From the NCBI RefSeq assembly GCF_023055435.1, contig NW_025964386.1, forward strand, positions 496,001 through 560,000: a DNA stretch of 64,000 nt, written 5' to 3'. The stretch comes from Haliotis rufescens (taxonomy: Eukaryota). Shown here in pieces: positions 37,761 to 50,204 of this stretch. The translations under genes were made by a program, and so were the position numbers. How positions within the stretch are numbered: position 1 is the first letter of the stretch; each line of letters opens with the position of its first letter. Under the pieces are notes generated by a model that worked only from the letters and a program-made list of their open reading frames with translations, had not been told where the DNA came from and did no database searches.

Positions 37761-38644
37761 TGTTTCCCGTGAAAATACAAACAATGAGACAAATAACAAG
37801 ACAAAAATATAAATGCAGATAATATAACACGTTGACCACCAAGTCACTTGATACAGAAAACGTTATACACGTTGAACATGATGTTTAATAAGCATCCACG
37901 ACTTCCACAACTAAAAGAGCGTAATATTTTAGATTAATACTTAAACGACTGGAATACTGACGCTAGTATTTTATCCGGGACTCTCTATTTTTCTCCATTA
38001 TTCAGTATAGTATTTGATGTCTACTTGAACTACACGAAATTAACAGAAAGCCGCCAAATCATAGATTTCGGAACCGTACATTTTGATTAACTGTAACATA
38101 AGTTCATTGTTCAAGCAGAGTAACAAAGATAGAATTATTTACAGCAAGTTTAACAAAAATGTCAAAGTAATAAGTAAAAGTGACTTACCTTCAAAAACAG
38201 ACAGAGAGGTTGTCAGGCGAAATGCAGGAATGACTAACTGTCAAGATACCCCTGCATTTATACCCTAGACCTCCTGTCCGCGTTTGAAAGCATTTAACTA
38301 CCCATCTGTTCAGTTTGGAATTGATAACAATGGCTTACCACATGTTGGTCAATTTATTGAAGTTTTGATGTGCTGGTTTGCTTAGTTAAATGTTTATAGG
38401 CTGGTCGGCCGGGTCAGAAACTGGTCAGCCGGGTCGAGAATGTCAATAGCGCTAGCTTATTAGCATCTGCCAGCTCATTTGACTGGTTTCGACAGCTTGC
38501 ATCTCCAAGCGTTACGTATTATGATACAAGTCCTGTAAACTTTGTAGCGTTTACTGGCTTGGGAATGTGAAACCTAAAGTAGTAGAATATATTTAAATTT
38601 GATAAAACTTGAAGAAAAATATAATCATCATTGGCACTGTTATA
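37761..38644 (-). mobile_element. 3' LTR (~880 bp) of env-bearing LTR retroelement
   Basis: Preceded by GACGTCCAGGGGGTAC PPT-like tract; starts TATAAC (TGTAAC variant); TATAAA ~38260; ATTAAA ~37885 then GT-rich tract ending GGGAAACA; boundaries inferred. Confidence 0.6.
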
Positions 38645-38818
38645 GTACCCCTGGACGTCGTGAAGCTTTTGACCACAAAAATCTATTAATATTTTTGTTA
38701 TACAGGTGTTGACGTAACCATAATACAAATACATACAAAAGTACATAAAACAATTTTAAGTAAAACAGCAAACAATATAAGAACACGACAAAGGGTATGC
38801 ACTGTTTAGACAGCCCAC

Positions 38819-39714
38819 TTAAAACACCTTTAACATACAAGAAGGATCTAAACTTTGGTATCTACCATCATGAACCATAAGAATGTAGGCAGCCAAAAGT
38901 TTGTTGAACATTTTCTGGAGTTTATGGGCAGTAAAGAAAGAGACTCGAAGAGTGTTCGGGACAGAGAGAGACGTTTTGGTCAGGTTAGTCACAGAAAAGG
39001 CGGGCCGTTCAACAGTAAGGGTGGGAAAGAAATATCCAGAGACTCGGAGCTGTTCCACCGTGTATGGAGGTTGAATATCCCAGTAGGGAGGACAGAGACT
39101 AAGAGCCAGAATAGGAACAGTAACACATTGTCGACCAGTGGTGAGTTCAAGAACGAGACCATTGTGAGTCCTAGGATTGCGTTCATAGATGATAAGGAGA
39201 AGAAGAGAAGCAACAGCAAGTGTGAATCCTAGAAGGATTGAAACATGATTGTCAGCAAGATCAGAGACAACGAAGCTGGGACTAGAAGTGGTTTGTGAAT
39301 TATAATTTAATACTGGAGGCTGTACTGCTTAACTGGCGCAACACGAGTCACCAGCAATAGTGCAGCAAAGAGTGCACGAACTTTGAATAAATAACCAAAA
39401 TATCCAAATAACCAAAATAATTGAGAGAACTGACATAGCCGATGCTGTGATGGCTATAATTGCATTAGTATTAGGCCAGGAACTCGGTAAAGTGATTTGT
39501 CCATCAAGCAATGGTTCCGCAATAGACTGAAATATGGTTTGTTCTTTCCTTGCCCTTTCAGCAACACGTTTGAGACTGAGATGGGACTTTTGATCATTGG
39601 CCAAAACATTGGAAATTTCATGAGAAAATATATCAAATTTTGGAATGGTGAAGTTAACCGCTTTTCTGAAAGTTGTATCACAAGCAATACTGGAGAGGGT
39701 AGAATCCTCAAATT
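38819..39714 (-). pseudogene. C-terminal part of env-like membrane glycoprotein of a Ty3/gypsy element plus downstream second membrane domain
   Basis: Heptad-like LANDQKSHLSLKRVAERAR, TM AIIAITASAMSVLSIILVIWIF, then ~170-codon open frame 39328-38819 with a second TM; located just before PPT and LTR. Confidence 0.65.
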
Positions 39715-40581
39715 TGTGGAGTACATGTGGAGACGTGTGGAGGACATGTGGAGACGTGTGGAGACGTGTTGATGACACATGGAGACGTGTTGATGACATA
39801 TGGAGACGTGTGGAGACGTGTTGAGACGTGTTGATGACATGTGGAGACGTGTGGAGACGTGTTGAGGACATGTGGAAACGTATGGAGATGTGTGGAGGAC
39901 ATGTGGAGACGTGTGGCGACGTGTGGCGACGTGTTGATGACATATGGAGACGTGTCGGAGACGTGTGGAGGACATGTGGAGACGTGTGGAGACGTGTGGA
40001 GACGTGTGGCGACGTGTTGATGACATATGGAGACGTGTGGCGACGTGTTGATGACATATGGAGACGTATGGAGACGTGTGGAGGACATGTGGAGACGTGT
40101 GGAGACGTGTGGCGACGTGTTGATGACATATGGAGACGTGTGGAGGACATGTGGAGACGTGTGGCGACGTGTTGATGACATATGGAGACGTGTGGGAGAC
40201 GTGTGGAGACATGTGGAGACGTGTGGAGGCACGTGGAGACATGTGGATACATATGGAGACGTGTGGAGGACATGTGGAGACGTGTGGAGACGTGTTGAGG
40301 ACATGTGGAGACGCGTGGAAACGTATGGAGGACATGTGGAGACGTGTGGAGGACATGTGGTTACGTAAGGAGACGTGTGGAGGACATGTGGAGACGTGTG
40401 GAGGAATGTGGAGACACGTGGAGACGTATGGAGGACATGTGGAGACGTGTGGAGGACATGTGGTTACGTAAGGAGACATGTGGAGACGTGTGGAGGACAT
40501 GTGGAGACGTGTGGAGACGTGTTGAGGACATGTGGTTACGTAAGGAGACATGTGGAGACGTATGGAGGACATGTGGAGACG
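39715..40581. repeat. Second array of the GGAGACGTGT satellite
   Basis: Same units and orientation as 22445-23322, with local variants TGATGACATAT and GGTTACGTAA. Confidence 0.95.
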
Positions 40582-41397
40582 GTACATTGATCAAGTTATG
40601 ATCAAGTCAAGTCAAGTCAAGCCACTAGCATCAGGTACCGCAATTCTCTGGGTATTGGTTGAAATTCGACCCTTGCTCAGACAGGACCCAGCCCGGCGAC
40701 GTTTTAGTTTTTGGTATTCACAGGACCATTGATAGTGTATTTATCATAAAATTATCATTTGGTTTGTATTACAGATTGAAATAGTAGCAAGCAATGCAAC
40801 GAACAATGTATTTCCATGTGCCCTTTCAAAAGACTGCTTATTTCCCTTTACAACGTGCGTGCGTGCGTGCGTGCGTGCGTGTGTAAAGGACATGCCGGTA
40901 GTCGTGATATGTGCTTTTATGAGCTCAAAACGATAAATAATGAATAATGAGTATTAAAGAAAGTATAATACTCGCTTGTGATCATACTGATTTTATGAAA
41001 CTCTTGTAAGAGTAATAAGCTAACATGCCCTGATTCAAATGAATATTGTTCCAACGGTGCTGAACTTAAATCACTTACTCATCCTGTACTTTACATCCTG
41101 CGTTAGTGCTATCCAACGATATAGTAACGATGCAACTGTTCCAGTGCAGTTAAATATCAGTGCAATCCAAAACAAATAACCATGTGATGTTGAAGACTGT
41201 TACCAAGAGATGTCACCTCTAGTCCTCTCAAACTGCAATCTGAAATGTTATACACACGCAGCTCATTATCGATATACATGTGGGTGATGTCGTGTAAGTC
41301 ATGGCCAATCCCGTATGTGTAAGTGTTAAGCACTCTTGCCAGTCAGGTTTGACGAGTTGTTCCATCTGCATTCACGCTCGTATATATAGTGTTAAGA

Positions 41398-42620
41398 GTT
41401 AACACTGCTACCCCCTCTAACACTGCTAGAACCTCTAACACTGCTACACTCTCTAACACTGCTACACTATCTAACACTGCTACACCCTCTGCCACTGCCA
41501 CAACCTTCACCACATCTACCTGCACTAGCACTGCAACAACCTCCACCACGTCTACCAACACTACCACTCCCACATCCTTCACCACATCTACCAGCAATAC
41601 CACGGCTACAACCTCCACCACATCTACCAGCACAACCACGGCTACAACCTCCACCACGTCTACCAACACTACCACAGTCACAACCTTCACCACATCTACC
41701 AGCAATACCACGGCTACAACCTCCACCACATCTACCAGCACTACCACTTCCACAACCTCCACCACGTCTACCAACACTACCACTGCCACATCCTTCACCA
41801 CATCTACCAGCAATACCACGGCGACAACCTCCACCACATCTACCTGCACAACAACTGCCACAACCTCCACCACGTCTACCAGCACTACCACGGCTACAAC
41901 CTCCACCACATCTACCAACACTACCACTGCCACAACCTCCACCATGTCTACCAGCACTACTACTGCTGCAACCTCCACCACATCTACCAGCAATACCACG
42001 GCGACAACCTCCACCACATATACCAGCACAACCACGGCTACAACCTCCACCACGTCTACCAACACTACCACAGCCACAACCTTCACCACATCTACCAGCA
42101 ATACCACGGCGACAACCTCCACCACATCTACCAGCACTACCACTTCCACAACCTCCACCACGCCTATCAGCACTACCACGGCGACAACCTCCACCACATC
42201 TACCTGCACAACCACGGCTACAACCTCCACCACGTCTACCAGCACTACCACTGCCACAACCTCCACCATGCCTACCAGCACTACTACTGCTGCAACCTCC
42301 ACCACATCTACCATCACGACCACGGCTACAACCTCTACTACATCTACCAGCACTACTACTGCTACAACCTCCACCACGTCTACCAGCACTACCACTGCTA
42401 CAACATCCACCATGTCTACCTGCACTACCATTGCTTAAACCTCCACCACATCTACCAACTCTACCACTTCTTCAACCTCCAACACATCTACCAGTACTTC
42501 TACTCCTACAACCTCCACCACATCTACCAGCACTGCCACAGCTTCAACCTCAGCCGCGTCTACCTGCACTATCACTGCCACAACCTCCACCACGTCTACC
42601 AGCACTACTACTGCTGCAAC
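41398..42620 (+). repeat. 36-bp tandem array (reads ATTSTTSTSTTT), left part, preceded by 18-bp units; mucin-like or non-coding
   Basis: 12-aa periodicity in ORF 41389-42438. Confidence 0.85.
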
Positions 42621-45600
42621 AGAACAGTACAGCCGGAAGCAGAATATACTGCTGTATGGTGTCGCTGAGAAACCTGATGAAAATAAAATGAACATAAAGG
42701 AAGTTATTTGCGAAACACTGAACACCCACAATGATGGTACTACATTTTCAGCAACCGACATTGTGAACGCCCATAGGATTGGCTATGCAGAGTCTAATCG
42801 CCCGAGACCTATTATAGTTCTATTCAATTCTATGGACTGCAAAGTGAGAGCAATAGGCCTGCGCGATAAACTGAAGGAGAGTGAATATGGTATAGGCAGT
42901 GATATCACCACACACCAGAGGAAAGTACTCCAGGATTTGAGACGTAACAACAAGCAAGGCTATTACAAGAATGGTGCCCTTGTAGTTAAGAATTACCAAC
43001 AGCATTCAGATAGACAGGATACAGATACTAATAATAAATAGAGGTGTGGCCGAGGCCCGCATTATCGCTGTGTTACAATCAATTTCAGATTTTTTGTTCT
43101 GGAACCTTTCCGGTATTACTAATAAACCTCAAGACAATGAATTTGTTTCATATATCACACAGTTTGACTTTATTGGACTCACAGAAACATGGGCCAAGGA
43201 CTGTGATTTTTATCAACAGCTCGGTGATTACCAGCCATGTGTTTTGTCTGCAGAGAGATTGTCATCTTTTGGGAGATTATCAGGGGGGATTGTATTACTT
43301 ATTAGAAAGTCTCTAGTCAATTATGTCAAAGGTCACATTATTGGACAGAATGTGATATATGTTATTTTGGATAAATCGGTATTTAAGCTAGAAAAAGATG
43401 TATTGGAAGCTTGTGTTTATGTCAATCCTGATGGGTCAACTTGGTACAGGGGTAAATCAACAAAATGTGGAATAAGTTTATTATTTGAATCCTTGTTAGA
43501 TGTTTTACAAAAATATGGTGATATGTTTATCATGCTTGGAGGTGACTTTAATTCCCGAACCGGTAATGAGCCCGATGCCGCAGAGAGTGATATTGCTGAA
43601 AGGCTTGGCATTCAGGAACCTTCTGATATTTATGGCAATGTGATCACCAAACGTTTCTCTTGTGATACTACTGTTCATCGCCTTGGTAAGATATTACTAA
43701 ACGTATGTAGTGCCTTGAGTTTGTGCATCTTCAATGGTCGATGTGGATCAGACGCGGCAAAAGGTCACTATACCTTCATCAGCCACAATGGCACAAGCGT
43801 AATCGACTATATTGTTGCATCCCCTTCATTGTTTATGTTGTGCAAACAGTTTGACATTGCAAATAGAACAGAGTCGACCCATATGCCAGTTACATGTTCA
43901 TTTCACGCACGTGCCAATGCTGGATCGAGAGACCGTGAGCGTGTTGTACGAGACCCAGGGGACAGCTACCGCTTTGTGTGGAACGAGGACAAAACTCAAA
44001 CTTTTAGAGACAGTTTACTGTCTACAAATTCTATTTCAATGCTTGACAAGTGTTCAGATTTTATCGCTTCAGGTAAAATTGATAAAGCAGTTGAGGTATT
44101 TTCAGATGTTTTATGTACAGCTGCGAAATGTATGAAACGCCCTTCTTATATTTCTAGAAGTAAACAGCCATGGTTCGATAAGGAGTGTGAATACCACCGC
44201 TGTGAAAGATATAGGCTTCTTTAGGTTTTCCGATCACTAAAAGATTCGTTGTAATTCTATTAAGGCCAGAAATACTTATACACATGTTATCCGTGAAAAA
44301 AAAGACTGTTATATCAAGACAATGTACAGAGTACCATTTTGACTAACTTGGATAACAGTAAAATATTTTTGGCAAATTTGAAACGTTTGTCAGCTACCAC
44401 TGTCCGTCCTAAGCCAAATATAAATATTGAGCAATGGTTTTCACATTTTAAGGGGTTGTTCGATTCAGAAATGGGGGATGAAGATAACACTGTACCAGAT
44501 AACAATTTTGATGACTTAACACAATCTATCTTAGACTCGCCAATTGAACAGCAGGAGGTAATTGAGGCAATTAACGAATTGAAAATAGGCAAAGCTGCCG
44601 GCAGTGATAAGCTTATTGCTGAAATGTTCAAATACGCATATGATGTGTTAGTTCCCTATATTACCTGTCTGTTTAACGTCATGTTTGATTCCGCATATTT
44701 TCCGATCTCCTGGTCGACTGGCCAAATTGTACCATTACACAAGAAAGGGGATACTAATACACCCGATAACTACCGAGGGATTACAGTATTAAGTATTTTT
44801 AGCAAGTTATATATTTCTGTTCTAAATAGAAGGTTGCAGTCTTGGTGTGATGCCTATGATAAAGTTGTGGAGTCGCAAGCAGGATTTCGTTGTGGCTATT
44901 CCACAATTGATAATATGTTTATTTTACAGTCAGTTATACAGCGTTATCTGGGGAAGAAGCGAGGTAAACTATATGCTTTATTTGTAGACTTCTCCAAAGC
45001 GTTCGACTCTATAAACAGCATATAACAGCATATAAGCATATAAACGACTGTACGTTCCTGTGTAAAGTTTAACAATAGCTTCTCAGATGTATTCGATTGT
45101 GACTTGGGTGTCCGTCAAGGCTGTGTACTGAGCCCGTTTTTGTTTTCATTGTTTATCAATGATCTAGCTGTTGAAATTGAGGCTAACTGTGAACCCGGAA
45201 TTCAGCTCCATCCAGACATAATTCAACTATTCCTGCTACTCTTTGCTGATGATGTAATTCTTATATCAGATACTGTATATGGCCTCCAAAAACGCATCGA
45301 TGTACTCGAACACTATTGCCAGAATTATTTCCTAAAAGTTAATCTTGATAAATCGAAAATAGTAGTTTTTAAGAATGGTGGAGTACTTTCTAGATCTGAG
45401 AAATGGTATTTCAGTGGTTGTCAGTTGGAATGTGTATCATCGTACAAATATTTGGGAGTTGTATTTTCAAAGAATTTGTCATGGTCGAAACATACTTACA
45501 ATGCTTCATTACAGGCTAAACGGGTATTGTTCTCGGTTCTAAAATCCCTTTCATCACTTAAACCTATTCCACTGAAACTATTTTTTTAAATATTCGACAC

Positions 45601-46507
45601 TAAAATTGCTCCAATTATGTTGTATGGGGCTGAAATGTGGAGTTTTGAAAACTGTAAAGAAATAGAAAGTATTCATGTACTTGCTTGTAAACGTCTGCTA
45701 GGTGTTAAAACGTCTACTCCCAATCATGTTGTGCGAGGAGAGTGTGGAAGATACCCACTGTACATTTCTGCGTATAAGCGCTGTATAAAATATTGGTGTA
45801 AACTTATGTCCCTCCCAAATTCACGATATCCTAAGAAAAGTTATGATATGTTATTTCAGCTAGCCACACATGGTAAAACAAATTGGGCTACAAAAGTCAA
45901 AACTCTTTTATACAGCCTTGGATTTGGATATATATGGGAGAACCAATATGTTATTTGCCCCGAATCATTTATTTCCGAATGTGAAGATCGGTTAAAATTT
46001 GCTTGCGAACAGGATTGGCATTGGTCTTTAGCAAATAGTTCCAAAATGTTCCATTATACACTTTTCAAAAATTCATTTAGTCTAGAGTTGTATTTGTCTG
46101 CTATCACTATCAACAAATTTCGTGTTGTACTAGCCCAGTTTCGCTGTAGCTCCCACACTCTCCACATTGAGACTGGTAGATACGTTAATACTCCACAAGA
46201 GCAGAGATTGTGCAATAGTTGCAACCAAAGATATGTCGAGAACGAATGTCATTTTTTATTAGTTTGTAACGCTTATGATGAACTTCGTCTTCAGTATTTA
46301 CCACAGAAGTATTTTGTACATCCTACTCTTGCTAAATTCAATTTGCTTATGGCGGTAAACAATAAAACTGTTATTAGAAATGTTGCAACTTTTATATACC
46401 ATGCTATGAATGTTAGACTCCAAACACTAAGCATATAACTGTTAATGATGGACCAAATATTGTACCATGGGCCGCTGGCCTACACATTACATGAATAAAG
46501 AATTGAA
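42621..46507 (+). mobile_element. RTEX-like LINE, truncated within ORF1, ORF2 disrupted, 12-bp TSD
   Basis: TSD TACTGCTGCAAC 42609-42620 / 46508-46519; AHRIG..RPIIV; WNLSG, LTETW, GDFNSR, VIDY; QAGFR, GVRQGCVLSP, FADD; IETGRY..C..C..ECHFLLVC; AATAAAGAATTGAA end. Confidence 0.95.
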
Positions 46508-49500
46508 TACTGCTGCAACCTCCACCGCATCTACCGACACTTCCACGGCTACAACCTCCACCACGTCTACCAGCACTTCTACTGCTACAACCTCCACCAC
46601 GTCTACCAGCACTACCACTGCCAAAACCTCCACCACATCTACCAGCACTACTACTGCTGCAACCTCCGCCGCGTCTACCTGCACTACCACAGCTACAACC
46701 TACACTACGTCTACTTGCACTACTCCTGCTACAATCTCCCCCACGTCTACCAGCACTACTACTGCTACAACCTCCGCCACATCTACCAACACTACCACTG
46801 CCAACTGCTACAAGCTCCGCCACATCTACCAGCACTACTACTGCTAAAACCTCCGCCGCGTCTACCTGCACTATCACGGCTACAACCTCCACCACGTCTA
46901 CCAACACTACCACGGCTACAACGTCCGCCACATCTACCAACACTACTATTGCTACAACCTCCGCCAGGCCTACCTGCACTACCACGGCTACAACCTCCAC
47001 CACGTCAACCAACACTGCAACAACCTTCACCTCATCTACCAGAACTACCACGGCTACACCCCCGCCACGTCTACAAGCATTACTACTGCTACAACCTCCA
47101 CCATGTCTATCAGCACTACCACTGCTTCAACCTTCACCACATCTACCAGCACCACCAATGCTTCAACCTTCACCACATCTACCAGCGCTACTACTGCTAC
47201 AACATCCACCATGTTTACCATCACTTCTACTGCTACAACCTCCTCCATGTTTTCAAGCACTACCACTGCTTCAACCTTCACCAAATCTACCAGCAATACC
47301 AGTGCTTCAACCTTCACCACATCTACCAGCACAACATCCACCACGTCTACCAGCACTACCGCGGCCACAACCTCCGCCACATCTACCAACACTACCACTG
47401 ATATAACCTCAAACCATGTCTACCAGCACTAGTACTGCCACAACCTCCACCATGTCTACAACCACTACTACTGCTAAAACCTCCGCCACATCTACCTGCA
47501 CTACCATTGCTACAACCTCCACCACGTCTACCTGCAGTACCACTGCTACAACCTCCGCCGCTTCTACCAACACTGCTACTGCTACAACCTCCGCCACATC
47601 TACCAGCACTACAACTGCTACAACCTCCGCCGCGTCTACCTGCACTACCACGGCTACAACCTCAACCACGTCTACCAGCACTACTCCTGCTACTATCTCC
47701 ACCACGTCTACCAGCACTACCACTGCTACAACCTCCGCCACATCTACCAACACTGCTACTGCTACAACCTCCGCCACATCTACCAGCACTACAACTGCTA
47801 CAACCTCCGCCGCGTCTACCTGCACTACCACGGCTACAACGTCAACCACGTCTACCAGCACTACTCCTGCTAAAATCTTCACCACGTCTACCAACACAAC
47901 TACTACTAAAACCTCCGCCGCGTCTACCTGCACTACCACAGCTCCAACCTCCTCCGCGTCTACCTGCACCTACCACTGCTAAAATCTCCACCTAATCTAC
48001 CAACACTACTACAGCTACAACCACCGCCGCGTCTACCAGCACTACTACTGCTACAACCTCCGCCACATCTACCAGCACTACAACTGCTACAACCTCCGCC
48101 GCGTCTACCTGCACTACCACAGCTACAACCTCCTCCGCGTCTACCTGCACTACCACTGCTAAAATCTCCACCACATCTACCAACACTACTACTACTAAAA
48201 CCGCCGCCACATCTACCAACACTACTACAGCTACAACCACCGCCACATCTACCAGCACTACTACTGCTAAAACCTCCGCCACATCTACCAGCACTACTAC
48301 TGCTAAAACCTCCTCCACGTCTACCTGCACTACCATGGCTACAACCTCCTCCACGTCTACCAGCACTACTCCTGCTACTATCTCCACCACGTCTACCAGC
48401 ACTACCTCTGCTACAACCTTCGCCATATCTACCAACACTACAACTGCTACAACCTCCGCCACATCTACCAGGACTACAACTGCTACAACCTCCGCCGCGT
48501 CTACCAGCACTACCACGGCTACAACCTCAACCACGTCTACCAGCACTACTCCTGCTAAAATCTTCACCACGTCTACCAACACTACTACTGCTACAACCTC
48601 CGCCGCGTCTACCTGCACTACCACAGCTACAACCTCCTCCGCGTCTACCTGCACCTACCACTGCTAAAATCTCCACCTAATCTACCAACACTACTTCTGC
48701 TAAAACCTCCGCCACATCTACCAACACTTCTACAGCTACAACCACCGCCGCGTCTACCAGCACTACCACTGCTACAACCTCCGCCACATCTACCAGCACT
48801 ACTACTGCTAAAACCTCCGCCACATCTACCAACACTACTACTGCTAAAACCTCCTCCACGTCTACCTGCACTACCACGGCTACAACCTCCACCACATCTA
48901 CCAACACTACTACTGCTAAAACCTCCGCCACATGTACCAACACTACTAGTGCTTAAACCTCCGCTACATCTACCAACACTACCACAGCTACAACCTCCAT
49001 CACGTCTACCAGAACTACTACTGCTACAACCTGCGCCACATCTACAAGCACTACCACTGCTACAACCTCCGCCATATCTACCAACACTACCACAGCTACA
49101 ACCTCCACCACGTCTATCAGCACTACCACAACTACAACCTCCACCACGTCTATCAGCACTACCACAGCTACAACCTCCACCACGTCTATCAGCACTACTC
49201 CTGCTACAATCTCCACCACGTCCACCGGCACTACCACAGCTACAACCTCCACCATGTCTATCAGCACTACCACAACTACAACCTCCACCACGTCTATCAG
49301 CACTACCACAGCTACAACCTCCGCCACATCTACCAGCACTACTACTGCTAAAACCTCCGCCACATCTACCAACACTACTACTGCTAAAACCTCCTCCACG
49401 TCTACCTGCACTACCATGGCTACAACCTCCACCACATCTACCAACACTACTACTGCTAGAACCTCCGTCACATCTACCAACACTGCTACTGATACAACCT

Positions 49501-49980
49501 CCGCTACATCTACCAACACTACCACAGATACAACCTCCACCACGTCTATCAGCACTACCACAACTACAACCTCCACCACGTCTATCAGCACTACCACAGC
49601 TACAACCTCCACCACGTCCACCGGCACTACCACGGCTACAACCTCCACCACGTCTATCAGCACTACCACAGCTACAACCTCCACCACGTCTATCAGCACT
49701 ACTCCTGCTACAATCTCCACCACGTCCACCGGCACTACCACGGCTACAACCTCCGCCGCGTCTACCTGCACTACTACTGCTACAACCTGCGACACATCTA
49801 CAAGCACTACCACTGCTACAACCTCCGCCACATCTTCCTGCACTACCACGGCTACAACCTCCACCACGTCTACCTGCACTACCACGGCTACAACCCCCAC
49901 CACGTCTACCAGCACTACCTCTACCACAACCTCCACCACGTCTACCTGCACTACCACTGCTACAACCTTCGCCACGTCTG
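46508..49980 (+). repeat. 36-bp Thr/Ser-reading tandem array, right part
   Basis: Same unit; several frame-breaking indels (~46805, 47055, 47410, 47970, 48655, 48950). Confidence 0.85.
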
Positions 49981-50204
49981 TCTGTATTAACGAAATACAT
50001 TTGTTGTGTGCCAGACATGTAATGCTTTAAAAAAGAATGGTAAGCAGCTGAGGATGTACGTGCATGTCACACCTTTAGGGCGTTTGAGGAACACAAACAG
50101 GATGTTTTGCTGACGCCAACGCACGGAGTGGGTATGGATCAACAGGGCTGTGACGTATGTACCGGTTAGGTGTAGTAGGTGGCGTAAACAAAATGAACAT
50201 ATGT

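Noticed and set aside
41343-49975. Val-rich minus-strand and Pro/Leu-rich alternative-frame ORFs
   Set aside because: Shadows of the 36-bp array.
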